Counted from the whole stretch's first letter, positions 1 through 12,071 are shown. The stretch: 53,008 bases of DNA, filler included, from Sphacelaria rigidula (GCA_964200075.2; 4 parts of 4 records of this genome joined end to end with filler, not necessarily neighbours in it), one strand, 5' to 3'. The notes: generated from the sequence alone by a model not told the origin. Numbers and translations: made by a program.

Positions 1-30
1 AGCAACAAATGGCCCAAAATACCCCCACCC

Positions 31-1269
31 CTATCGTAGGATGGCTCGGATATAGTCGTCCACGTACACGCTAACGAAAAAGGGGTCGGGCAGTCCCCCC
101 CCGTTTGCTGGGGGAATAGCAGCGTCGGGTGGGACCTTTGTAGGCGTCCCTTCTTCCCAGGGCTCGACTACGGTCACGTGTTTCATCATCTCTCTACCTT
201 CGTCGAGTATTACGGCCTCGATTATTGTGGTATTGCAGTGTGCGTGTTCAGTTGCCTGTGCGAAGAGTCCCCAGTAGCCGGGGGAGCCCGTTCATCCAAA
301 CGTGAGCCGAAAGTCTGCTACTTTAACGTCGTCTACCACGCAGCAGTAGTTTTGCGCCCGGTCGGGCGCGATCCTGACATTTCTGAATGCATTCGAGACA
401 TCCGCCTTTGACAGTAGGATTCTGCTATCCGGAAACTTGACACGTAACTTCAGGAAATCATCCAGTAGTTTTAGGAGTGCCTCTCCGCAGAGACATTGCG
501 GCACCTCGTCCACAATCGTGTCCCAACTGAGGCCGCCTTTTTCTCCCTTCGGTACGCTGGGATCAAACGAAAAATCGTTGATAATCCTCCTGACCTTGCT
601 AGTTACTACTACCCCAAGCGGGGCCACTCTGAGGCCGCTGGTTTCAAACGCCGCCTCTTTTCCAAACACCAGGCATCTGTTCCTTTGTACATCCTCTACC
701 AACTCCTCTCAAACTTGAGGCATATGTTCTTCAGTACTGCGGTGATTACCGTATTTCAGCGCTCCTCGAGGATCGGGATCGCGAGGCGATGTGTTCATTG
801 AGACTTCGTACTCAATCATGTGTAGGAGTTCTCGTATCCACGGGAAGTGTTTTTGATTTCCGAAATACTCGTGGATGTCTTTCACGTTCATCGGCGGTAA
901 CAGCAAAGTGCCGCCGAGCCCCTTTGCTACTTCCCCCATTCTTCCGTGGTTGAGTCGGACGAGACTCGTGCAGGTGGCGGCTAGGTTTGTGACGGTACGT
1001 TTCATTTCTGTTAGATCTATGTGTGTAGTCGATAGTTCTTGTTGTTGCTGTTTCCACCGAGCATTGAGGTCTTTGCTGGGGTGGTCTGTGTGTCCGGTTG
1101 GGCTTCGGTGGCGTGTGGTCCCAACTGGAGGTGAGTTTCTCACCGACCCGAAATTTCGCCTGCCGATGATCTCCTTACTATCGGTGTTGTACTTTTTCTC
1201 TGCGGGCTTCTCACTCGTTAACGTGTGCGAGCCGTTGTCTTGGGCTACGTGTGTGTAACTATTGGTCAA
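31..1269 (-). pseudogene. Reverse transcriptase of a DIRS/Ngaro-type (tyrosine-recombinase) retrotransposon, disrupted
   Basis: ORFs 709-1269 and 292-702 share a frame that continues to ~31. Motifs: YGNH.S, VAPLGVV..K.R.IND.SF, SKADVSNAFRNV, DFRLTFG*TGSPGYW and YVDD (~55-66). In-frame TGA at 709-711 and 292-294. RNase H and tyrosine recombinase are not in the window. Confidence 0.85.
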
Positions 1270-1907
1270 CGGTTTTGTTTTAGTGCACCAGATACTGTTT
1301 TGACTCGTGCACGCTTTCCGCTTGTCAACATGGACGTGCCGTTATCCAGGGTTCCCTCGGAACTGGCAGACAACGGGTCTTCTTCTGCACCTCTATGTTC
1401 TTTTGCTCCCCTCATATCACTGGTGATTGAGTTTGCACGCTTTGCGCTCGTCAGCATGGATGTGCCGGGTCTTCTTCTGCACTGGGTGTGATTCGAATTT
1501 CACGGGGAGCATGAGTTCTGTTATTGTCTGATCTACCGACGTTCAGGGTTACCTGTGCGTAAGTGCCGACCGCCGGATCTGCTTCTACATGTCTCCTGTC
1601 TGTGGGGATGTACGAAGTGGTTTTGGCGTGGTGTCTGCGTGTACTACTGTTGTTTTCGTTCGTCATGGACGGGCGAATTACCTGATTTTGTTGCTGACTT
1701 ACCTGTGCACACACGTGCGTTCCGTTGTACCTCAATGTCGACCGGTTACTGTGGTCGTGCGGGCCATTGTTCGCGTGTTTGTTGTTGTCCGTGTCATTGC
1801 GCGAGGCGGTGGTCTCATCAAATATTTCATGCGTGTGAGCTCTACGGTCCAAACCCTAGGGCACCCTACCGGCATTTGCTTGTCACAGTACATCTTGGTG
1901 GGGTTAG

Positions 1908-4430
1908 TCATCGACTTTTTTGTCGGACATGGATAATGCGGAATGGGACTACGCGATCTACCGCTGTGACGTGCTTCAGGATTGCTACATGCGTTGGTAC
2001 GTCTGCTCTCACCGTGAAAGAAGCTTGCCGCCACCGATCCCCGTTGGGGGGCCGGAGCGATACCCAGCGACCTCGCTGAGTCCATGAACGGTGCTCCTCC
2101 TCCCCCCAGACTGGTAGGCCCCGCCGACTGGCGGAGCTCGCACCCTCAGGTGCCCGTCCAGCTCCGCCATTTCCGCCGAAGTTGTGGGAAAACCGCGTCA
2201 CTGTACTCGCTGCGGCCGCCGGTGCCGCTGGTGCTGGTGGTTTTGCCGTCGCCGCCGTCGGGGACGTTGGAGTTATCTTGAACACCGCTGGCGGCTGGAT
2301 GGGAGGGCCTCCGACGGCTTCATGCTTGCTGGTGTGGTCCGGGAGGCGGCAGCCGCGCCCCCGTGGGCACGTGAGGCCCTGCCATGCTCGTAAGCAGACG
2401 CCCGGCGGCGGGGCCCATGACACCAGTTCCGTGTTGAAGCCGATGTTCGGCGGCGTGAGGTGTAGCCACTGGGGCGGGTACGACGGAGGGTGGGGGGCGA
2501 CGTGTTTTACCGCGTTGCTCATGCCTCCGTGGGGGAGCGCCTTCCGCTTGACGGCTGTCTTGGGGGCGGGTTGCGCAGGTGAACCTGCTACCATGAGCCC
2601 GGGGTTTTGGCGTCCCCAATGAGGCTGCTGGGGTGGTCGTCAGCGGTGAGCGTCTTCACGCGGATGAACGCTGGTACCGGCGCCGCGGGGCCCTACCCAT
2701 TGGTGAGTGGGGCGGCGAGAAACTTCATGCGCAGATTCAGCCCGGCGCCCCTGCAGTCTGTCAGCCACCCGTTGATGTCGTGATCGAAGTCGGAAATTAT
2801 GCGGGTTTTGACGGCCGCCTCGTCTCTGTGTAGAGCGGCGTAGTTTTTCCTGGTGTACGCATCCAGCGCCGCCGCCATCCTCGTCAGCTCTCCTGTGATG
2901 AAAGCTCGCCTATCCCGCCCGCCGCCGTTGTCGTTGGTGCCGAAGTTGATGATGATGGCCAGCGCCTTGGTGAATGTGGTCACGTGAACCTCGGCACGGA
3001 AGAAGTTTTTTTGTATGCCAGGCGGCACCGGTGAGTGAAAGTTGGCGACGTCTACGTCAGTCAACGTTTGAAGCTTGATGAGCATGCCCCGGTTGGTGTC
3101 CGCCACGTCGCGGAGTTTAAGCTTCAGGTTTGTATCTGGTATGGGAATGGAAAGCGAGACCCCGCCCCTGAGGATGTGGAAGAGTGCCTTGTTTTCGTCC
3201 GAGAGCCAGCTGTTGATCTCCCGCTTCTCCTGCATTTCCTCGACCTTCTTTGTACTGGCGGGGGCGGTGTTGGCCGCTCTCATTGCATGAATGAGTTGCT
3301 GGATCTGTCCCCCTCCCCCACCATTGACAAGCTGGAGGAGTTGGTGGACCTGGGATTGCGGCTGTGCTTGGCAGTATTACGGTGGTTGATGTTGATGGTG
3401 TTGTTGCTGATGGTGCTGGTCCGGCTGCGGTTGCGGCTGTTGGTGTTGGTGTTGCTGCTGCGGCTGTTGGTGTTGCTCGTGCTGCTGAGGTTGAGGATGT
3501 GAGGATATTGCTGCTGTTGTGGTTGGTTATGGTGATGTGGCTGCCGCTGTTGGTGTTGGTGATGCGGTAGAGGCCCTCCAATGGATGGCGGTAGTGGGAC
3601 GTTGGGTGCGAGCAGGGGAAGCCCATTAACTCTTCCCCCCGCTATGTGCTTTTGCTGTGCGGCGCTCGCCGGCTGCCGGCCGGCCCCGCCTTGGGCGGTC
3701 CCGCCTTGCAGTTGTGGTTGTCCATACTGGAGAAGATGTACCTGCTGTTGAAGGGTCGAAATTGTTTGGCCCTGCTACTGCTGCCTCTGAAGGTTTTGTT
3801 GGTGTTGCTGTTCCATGTTGATGTTCGTTTTTACTTGTGCCTGCAGGATTTGAGCTAGAATGTCTGACGGCTGAGTTGGGCTAGGTGGGGGTCCGATTGG
3901 TGGTGCTGGGGGTGCTGATGCGTCAGTATTTAACTGGCCTACAGTACCCTGCGGGCCGGCGTACTGGTTGGCGGAGATCGTGTTGCTGTGCGCGCCTCCG
4001 GCTTGTGGTGCCAGGACTCGGCCTGGTTCCCCTCCTGCGGCCCTTCCCCTTTTGCTCCTGCCGTTGCTCGAGCTCCTGATGTGTCCCTGTGCTGGTGTTG
4101 GCCTTGGCTCTGCAAAGCTGCTCCTGCTGCTGCTGTTGCTGCTGCCGATAGTGATATGCCGTCCATTGTGAAAATCGATCAAGTGCCAGGGACTACTGTA
4201 CTACTGAGACTGCTGGCGTGTCGCTCTCTGGTCAACTCGTCTCGAGTGATATGTCTGCTTCTTTGGTGCTCTTGCACCAGACCAGTCTCGCTCGCTTGAA
4301 CCAACTCTGCGGCGTTTGCGCCTTGGACACGCGATCCCTTATATCTTATTTCAAGTTCGGCATACACTATAGTACAAACCTTGTGATTCGTCATCCGCCA
4401 ACACAAACCTCGTATTCTTACTGAATACAC
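1908..4430 (-). pseudogene. gag-like region of the same element, broken by stops and frameshifts, with a CCCH-like zinc finger
   Basis: Q/P/A-rich low-complexity ORFs, a globular-looking ORF at 2693-3283, and C-x8-C-x5-C-x4-H (CLRAWQGLTCPRGRGCRLPDH) at 2334-2396. Upstream of and co-oriented with the RT. Confidence 0.6.
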
Positions 4431-5149
4431 TCATAACCGCAGGGTTATGAGGAAGACCGAAAGTCTCATCCAATCTATTTTCAGGTGCAGGGTGCGCATT
4501 TAAATTAGATGATATACATCTAGACTAATGAAGCAAGCAGTATGTGTCGCGGTAGAGAGCTTTCAACAGGATGCGGTGACCGGCGGGCCACCCGCCACTT
4601 GTGGCCTTGGATATTGTCCCCATCACCTTGCCACGCAGCCCTTCGTGGTCGCGGTGGGCCACCTTTTCCCCCTTTGGTGCATGTGACAAAGTCTCTTTAA
4701 AGGGTATGGGCGTTGCGGCGCACATACATACATACATACAGTAGAGTGCAGTGCCGTACGCCTCTCCGACTGCACCAGCAGCTACCGCTGCATACGCCCT
4801 CGCACGTTCTGGGCAGTTCTCAGCGACGAAGATCAGCTTCCTACACATAGCTTGTTCATTCCCGCCCACTATTATACATAATACATGTTCACAGTGTTCT
4901 GCAAGACATCGGCAGAGGGATACGCAAAATCCATGACGGTAGCTCCTCTTTTCTGTCCACGGCCCACCTGGGTTTAGTTCCTCGTGAAAATGACCACATT
5001 GTGGTGTGTGAACTCTTTCCCGGTTTTTTCTACTCCACCCTGTGATAGTGTAACTGCTACGTTTTAGTATAATAGGCTGGCGACCGAAAAAACTCCAGGG
5101 AAATCCTCCCGGGAACGCTATCCTGGATGCAAGTAATACGATAAGCCAT

Positions 5150-5387
5150 GCTCCGAGCATCCTGGCTTCGGAAATCTGGGAAGGCTTATTTGAGACAGGG
5201 ATAAGGCATCCACACGATCTTGACAGTGACATCAAACTTGGCAACAGTCCCCGCGCAGGTCGTTCGGGTCTGGTCGATAAATTCCGTCTCCCCGTGATTG
5301 GGCAGGTCGCTCCCTGACTTATTTTTTACTACCCCAATAACTCATGATCAACCCCGTGTTCGCGGGGGTCGGTCCCACAAGGGTTAA
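5150..5387 (-). mobile_element. piggyBac-like transposon terminus
   Basis: Ends ...GGTCCCACAAGGG-TTAA. Reverse-complement homolog of 38851-39100. A CCC terminus next to TTAA is the piggyBac signature. Confidence 0.6.
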
Positions 5388-5389
5388 AT

Positions 5390-5670
5390 AATAGGGCGAA
5401 CACTCGAGTCACTGCTCGTCGTGGAAACAAATTAATAGGGGGCGAGCACTCGAGTCACTGCTCGTTGTGGAAACAAACTAATAGGGCGAGCATTCGAGTC
5501 ATTATTCCTCCTTGTGGAAAAAAATAATAGAGCGAGCACTCGAGTCACTGCTCGTTGAAAAAAAATAAGTGATGGCTCGAGCACACGAGTCATGCTCAGC
5601 CTCGTTGTGTTTTCAAAATAAAACATCCACGAGTGCATTCGTTTCGACATGTAATAACTCGTCCGACGTC
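5390..5670. repeat. ~45-bp tandem repeat (4-5 units, core CGAGCACTCGAGTCACTGCTCG) inside a dispersed repeat
   Basis: Units read directly. The 5600-5670 flank recurs in reverse complement at 26391-26455. Confidence 0.8.
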
Positions 5671-5689
5671 TGGCTCATTTCCTTATTTC

Positions 5690-5775
5690 TTCTTATTATG
5701 TTCTTTCTTTGCCACGCCTGACCGCGGGCTAGATTGTTGCAATCCGCTAATGTGAGATATTCAATCAATCAATCC
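5690..5775 (+). mobile_element. LINE/SINE 3' end with (CAAT)n tail
   Basis: TGACC(G/A)CGGGCT(A/G)GATTGTTGCAA..GCTAATGTGAGATA..TCAATCAATC. Related copies at 40115-40182 (+), 22221-22265 (-) and ~23179-23245 (-). Confidence 0.6.
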
Positions 5776-6231
5776 CAACAGGATCCAGCGCGTAGTGTCC
5801 ATCAGACATGCAGTCTAGATTTTATTCCACAGGGGGGGGTTGTAGGTATTGGGCTCGAAGAACAAGAGACATGTTGTTGCGACGTGCGGCACTTGTCGTC
5901 AAATCTATCCGGGGGCCGCCCGTTATCGGTATTGTACACCGTTGCCAAATAGGGTTCATGTACATATCTGTCGGAGATGCGAACCCGCGGCTCTCGCCCT
6001 CCCGGTGTAGGCATAAGGGTGTAAGGGTGGCGGCGGCACGGACGGGGGTTAGGGTTAGGGTTAGCGTTATTTATAGTTTGTTCGAAAAAATCAGCAACAA
6101 ATATACGCGACCCAAACTTGTAGGTCGCCTCCCTGCGGCGCTGATAGTTCCAAGCTAGGAGCACGCTCCCCAGTAAAGATCCGGATTAGGGTGTCGACTA
6201 ACCAAGCGGACATTTCCAGGCCTAACAAGAT

Positions 6232-6605
6232 GGCCGGTCGCCCTGGTGGCTCTGTTGGTAACTTCGACACCTTCTAAAGATTGGGTCGTGGGTTCGAGTC
6301 TCGGACCAATCTGGGATTTTTTCTCACAAAGTGCCCAACACTGGAGAGCGAACGTGTCGTGGGTACACAGAGTTCGACTTGACGCTCGACGAGGGAAGGA
6401 GAATGCTGTACCTCTCGCGCGGTCAAAAACAAAGACAAGCACCGCAGAAGGGAGGTGGAGAACTATTATAAAACAAGAACAAAAACTCCTGTGTTGTGGT
6501 CCTCCTCCTGTGTGACCCCGGCTGGTGCGCCCACATATATATACCGAAAGGTGTAGACTGGCGTCCAGAATAGATGGGAAGACAACACACACTTAACACA
6601 GACAC
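6232..6605 (+). mobile_element. tRNA-derived SINE (family 1)
   Basis: A-box TGGCTCTGTTGG, B-box GGTTCGAGTCT, ~300-nt body and CA-rich tail. No complete cloverleaf. Confidence 0.65.
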
Positions 6606-8344
6606 CGAGTGATGAACTCTACTGGATTACTAGCTCGTGGGCGCCGATTTGCGGTCTACGAATGCACGCTTTGCCTAGGACACCCCACCGACCCCATGCC
6701 CGAGGGTTCTTTTATGCCTTGATCGGGGTTAGGGTCAAGGTGAGGGTAACGGCTCGTCTCACCTAATTTATAGTATCAAGGTTGGACCATTTGGTAACCT
6801 TACCTGTTTTGAGAAGTCGAAGATTTTCCCGAAATCGAACAAGTCTGAAAACAATGAAAAATTCTGCCAGGAACGCAGGAACGATCATGGTGGGGATATC
6901 GGAGAATCAAAACCTGGGAGAAGCTTTTCAAAATTTGTCGAGACGTCCCAATAGCAACTACTTAGTCAGCGTCTAGCAACTACCAGTTACCCGGTCAGCG
7001 CAATTGCACGACGCTGACTAAGTGGCTCATCAGTTATTGTGACGTCTTTACAACATTTAATCTAGGTATCAAACCTATGGGTGGTACTCTCTCTTCGCAG
7101 GGTTGTCATTCCTGTGATCAACGATCCTAACTCTAAAGGGTTTATGATACTCATTCTCACTTCTGTGTCATCACAAAGAAACTCCGCTGATTGTTGCGAT
7201 GAAAACAGTTCTTCTTGAACCACGAATGGTCGATCTGGCGCGGAGCTTTATGCAAGAGAGTGGAAAATGCCCCGCCCGGTTCAAAGCAAGCAGCATCTAA
7301 TACTGGTACGAGTAGTGCTGTCGCGAGTTTGTCGTCACGTGACCATCATCGTTGAAAATACTTGATTTTAGTGTAGTCCAATCAGATTCAGATACGAAGG
7401 GCCCAGTCTGAAGTCCTCTCATCGTGTGCAGTACTCGTGTTTGTGAGGATCGGCGCGCCGATTTGAGGCCTGCCAAGGCACACTTCGCCTTGAACATTAC
7501 ATGCATACCTCTTCACCCCCCAGACCTCTTCGTATACATTAGGTTGGGGTTATAGAATTAGATATTGAGTTTGTCCAGAATCCGTCAACCATTCGACATG
7601 AAGACGAAGTCGGGTAAACACTCGGTGCCCCATCCAACGGACCCTCCCCCCCTCCCTCATAGAAACCTTGGAACATGTGCAGATGGCACTGATAACATAG
7701 GAGCTATTAATAACTATGATGACATAACCCTTCACCTCTGAATTCCCGTCGATTGTCAACCGACGGCACTATACTGTGCCGAGACAAAGCTGGTGGTCAG
7801 ACGGCCACACCGCCGGGCAAGCCGCCGGGTCGATGATATGTTGAGCAGGCGATTATTTTCGAGTGAAGTGCTTGTCAGACCCAGGTGACCCATTCTGGCA
7901 GCCCGTGCGATGGTCATGCAACTTGTTTCCTTCACATGATATGTGTCAACAGATATTCGTATCTTCTGTGGTGGCAAACTATCACGACTGATCGTGCACA
8001 TGTACCAACATATCGTGGCGCACAGGCGGAGCGACGATGTATATATACCCCATACACAACTCATAGTTTCGTCTTGTCGTGTGTGCTCGCGCTGGTGGAG
8101 TTATCACTGTTGACAGTACAGACACCGCATACGTGAATACACACCGGAGCGCACAGGCGGAGCCACCATACACGGGACTGGGGTTGTCAAATCGATTGTA
8201 CGCCGGCTTATTGTAAATACGATCAGTCGTAGGGGAAAGCAATGTGCCGCTCGCCCCTGCAGTGACGCCCTCGCATCGGACACCACCCCGAACCGATAGT
8301 TGCTGCACAGCAGTAGACCTCGGGAAATGTACGTAAATAATGGT

Positions 8345-8650
8345 TGGTAATAGGTTTGATTTGATTTCAGAGTACAAGGCATTCTGAGAAAATTCGTCAC
8401 TTCGGGCAGGTGAGCAGTGGTGAGCAGAAGACACAGCGCGTCCAGAACGTGTTTTGGTTCAAAATCGACTCAATGGCATCGATTTCAACTCCGGCAACGC
8501 ACACTGTACCCCAGCAACACTTTGTACCCCCCTTGCCCGAGGCTTTTCGGTATGTGTATACCACGGTCGGGGTTAGGTACAGTTGAAACTGGAATGAATG
8601 AGGCGACCTGAAATTTTGAGCGATTTATGGTTGATTTTTTCGAACAAACA
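8345..8650 (+). repeat. Dispersed repeat family with TTAGGG-like subterminal tract
   Basis: Reverse-complement homology to 38400-38645. Related pieces at ~6010-6100, 6638-6780 and 7452-7555. Confidence 0.55.
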
Positions 8651-10079
8651 ATATTACGTAGAATAGTGACACACTCGGATAAAGAGTCAAAGAAACAGGG
8701 GCAGATTTGATCAAGTCAGGATATAACTGATAAGAAGGGGTGATGCGTGGAGGTTGGGTCGGTTTGCTCTGCAGTGTGAAAGTCAGCAACAGTTTGCTCT
8801 TCCTTTATGCAGTGGATGGAACAATACAGACAGTAGTACGAATAGTTTCGTCGTCAACGAGTACGCCACTGGCGAGCTGAAACAGCAGTAGTACGCGTAG
8901 TAGTCGTCACTTTGAGTTGAATGAAACCACCTCCCCTCTCCTTCAGTTGAGATATTTGAACTTTCGCGGCGACCTTGAGGCCTGTCGTGCTCCGACTGAC
9001 AGAACATCCATCTCTGTGATGTCCTTCTCTGTAATGCAGTTACTCGCTACGCACACAAGTGACTTCATGTTGAGGGCGTTACGTTTGGCATGTGGGTGTA
9101 CCATGCTTTGACATGCTCTCTGTATTCGCAAGCAGCACTAACTCATACGATCTAAATCCTGACTGTGCACAAGTAGAACATATCTTTTGTCTGCCCGTCG
9201 AACTCGACACCATTTTTTTTCGTTCTGTGGTCCGCAGAAAAATTGTCGAACACTGTCGAACCATCCCCCCCCATATATTCGGCCAATCAGATTGCGCCGT
9301 TTAGTGGGAGCTCACCGAGCCCCAGGCACCAACACTCGCCACGGCACCGGCCCGGCTTCTCTCAAGCAAGGGTGAGGGTTGGACGATTGCGCCCGGTTTG
9401 TTTGTCCTATGAAATGCGGTAAGATCGTTGTAAACCTATACCCACAGGTAGGAAGTGTTGCCGCTCATCCCGGTTGTTCTGGTGGTCTTTCGGCTGAATG
9501 CAGACTCCTGACTCTTGTGTTGTAGTTGATGTGAGCAACCTAGGGCATTCTAAATCTATATTGTACTATATATATCAGGTAAGCCAGGCCGATGAGAATA
9601 TATACATCAGTAGTACTTGGAGCATCACGCATTCCAAATCGACGATGGGTGTCCTGCACAACAGGTCAGACGGACACGCACCGTCGAACGCTCCGTCTAA
9701 ACAATGCTACCCTCGAGGTTGCTACGTGAGGGGTTTGGGACAGCTCCAGTTTACTACATTACATAAATATCACGCAATATTCTAGATTGATGGTGATGTT
9801 CAGTACGTTGGGAACTAGATCCTCAGGTGCGTGGCGTTGGCTTTTTCGATGCGTTCAGACGTGAACTGAATGATGATTATAGTCGTGGTGCTTCAGAGAA
9901 CCTGTGTACTGGTCAAACACGAATCAAGGTAACACTGATGAAATGAGGCGGACTAATTTTTGCCATACCTAGTAAGGCCGTGTCTTTTCGAGGCCCAAAA
10001 AGGAACCGAGGAATAAGACAAGCGTCCAAACGCAAGATGTTGGTTAGTCGCCGGAACCATACACCCCCCTGGCGATTTA

Positions 10080-10183
10080 CCCTTGGATCGCGAGAGTAAG
10101 TCATCATCTGTTGAATAGGCATCAAGTTCACTTTTAAAAAGTGGGTATGATCCAGATGGACTACCCGCATCGTGGTCTAGGGG
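10080..10183. mobile_element. ~100-bp piggyBac-type MITE, copy A
   Basis: CCCTTGGATCGCG...GTGGTCTAGGGG, with degenerate TTAA flanks. Homologous to 12072-12172 and 16024-16123. Confidence 0.65.
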
Positions 10184-11428
10184 ATAATCAACGCGCTGCT
10201 TTGGATACTTGTTCCCTTGCTCGCTTCTTTGTTGTGCCCGTACGACATGGCCTGAGTGGGTTGTTCGCACATCATTTTTCGATCTACAAAGTGCGGCGGG
10301 AAAAGAAAAATCCCGCTGTTTAACTGAAGTTGGTAATTTCAATATGGATGACGTGGGTATAAATGACGACATGTCAGATCGGAATTTGACTTTTCCGCCG
10401 CACTTTTTCCGTCGGTGGTGCTATACGGTAGGGGTTCACAAATATTTTCCGAGGTTCGAACTGTCGAGCCCCCTTATCTTATCCAAGAAACAACTTTTCT
10501 GAAATATGGAAGAGCACGCCACGATTAGCGTTTCAATCTCCTGACGACCTATATAAACTTGTATAGCTCCAAACTTTGGGAGCCGCTGAATGAGAAAGCC
10601 GGGCCCAAATATGCAACCCTGACCGAAGCATGACTCGTCGAAAGTACTTTGCTACCGGACGGTCGAGGGTCATTATTGGCCTGAAGAAACAGCGGAGAGC
10701 AAAGCGAGCGTCGAAAAGCAGGATGTTGATTGCTCATGCGTGATGATGTCGCGGCCACCAAGCAACGCGCTGCTTATACCGACGCTTGCTTCACTCTTCG
10801 CTGTTTTGTACGGCCCGTCAAGATTGACCCGAACCAGCAACCACCACATTCCATCGCAGTATGTCTCTGTTCAATTCAGGGGAACAGGAAACTTCCACTC
10901 CACCATCATTTTGTAGCCAGCCACTATCTATCACGACCAGTCGGACAATCAAGACACGCCAAAACTCTGCACAGGATACCACCGCTGGTACTGCTGTACT
11001 TCTTGTACTTCATCCGCATAGCACCTTTCCCCCCACTTCCTCGTTACTCCATTATCTATAAAGCTATCATGCACGTTCTGCTCAAATCAAGGCATTCGGG
11101 TCTTGTTGGTTAGTTCTTGGAAACACTGATTGTGTTCGCAGGGCATTGGATGCACACTCCTGGCCATTTGTTGAGCCTATTATACTATGTAGCGTTAGGA
11201 TCAACAAGCGAGGCGCAAAAGCAAGTAAAATGAAGCTGGCCCACCACCTTGTACTCGCGCGTCTCCTCAGTAGTTCGCGGCAGGCGAGACTTGAATTCGT
11301 CGAGCCGTGGAGCATACCCCTCAAAAAAACATGTAGGACACGAGGGGGTGGGTAATCTGTAGTGCCTGCCGAGGAGAAGAGAGCGACAGAGCAACGGAGA
11401 GGATGAATGTTGCACTAGTGTTGTAACT

Positions 11429-11733
11429 GCCGCGCCCCGGTGGTGTAATCGTCCGACTGTCGCCGTTAGGGTGAGGAGAACGAGGTTTCGATTCCCGACA
11501 CGTTTATTCGTAATATCTGATTTCCACCCTGGAAAGCGTGAGAACGTGAGTGAACAAAGTAGTCAACTGAGTTTGTTTGACGTGAGTTGATGCGGCGCGG
11601 GAATGCCGACCCCATCAGCGAGACCAAAATGCAAGGCGTGTACCGGGAGAGAGGAGGTATGATCCCTTGAGACCACGGACTCGTCCCGAGGAGGGGGGGG
11701 GGGGTCCAAAATGCGATAAGAATAAATGAATAA
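11429..11733 (+). mobile_element. tRNA-derived SINE (family 2)
   Basis: A-box-like TGGTGTAATCG, B-box GTTTCGATTCCC and an AATAA-rich tail. Clear second copy at 36543-36862 (-). Confidence 0.8.
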
Positions 11734-12071
11734 GGGGTCGCCACGCCTTTGCGCGCTTTGGGCCCATTTTCGGCAGCCATTTCGAGTTACAAATCGAGTG
11801 CAACGGCTCAATAATTTGCAGTCAATACAGGTCAACAGCAGATCATTTCCAGTAGGCACGTGGAGGCACATGTGCTAAAATTGAGTCAAGAAATGGTACA
11901 AAAGGGTAAGAGGGTCACGTAGTCATGCGGGACTTGAGTCAGAGCTCCCAGTACGACCGTAAGGATCACCTATTCCCTAACCTCATACCTACCAACAGCG
12001 CAAGAGCGGTGGACTCTAGGGGCTGCCCTTCTTGTCTCCTGTCGTTGAAATTACTTTGTACGGGCTCTCAA

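Larger units (their letters stand above)
1..4490 (-). mobile_element. DIRS/Ngaro-like retrotransposon, 5' portion
   Basis: gag-like region followed by a DIRS-type RT. The 5' boundary is approximate, taken from a ~57-nt motif (4434-4490) that recurs at 32088-32144. Confidence 0.7.

Noticed and set aside
4525..5244. 239-aa Cys-rich ORF as a piggyBac transposase or a real gene
   Set aside because: No recognisable DDD or Cys-rich-domain motif. It runs through a (CATA)n microsatellite and into a non-coding TE terminus.
5390..5610. CRISPR-like array of palindromic repeats
   Set aside because: The inter-repeat sequences are near-identical rather than unique spacers. No cas genes, and the context is eukaryotic.
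6046..6064. True telomere
   Set aside because: Only about three units, internal, and embedded in a dispersed repeat.
6232..6312. tRNA gene
   Set aside because: A and B boxes are present, but acceptor and anticodon stems do not form and a SINE body follows. The same applies to 11429 and 38742.
6940..7040. Hammerhead ribozyme (CTGATGAG on the minus strand followed by a long stem)
   Set aside because: No GAAA after the stem and no helix I/III pairing found.
11248..11320. Possible isolated minus-strand exon (GYAPRLDEFKSRLPRTTEETREYK)
   Set aside because: Weak splice sites, no partner exons and no recognisable family.
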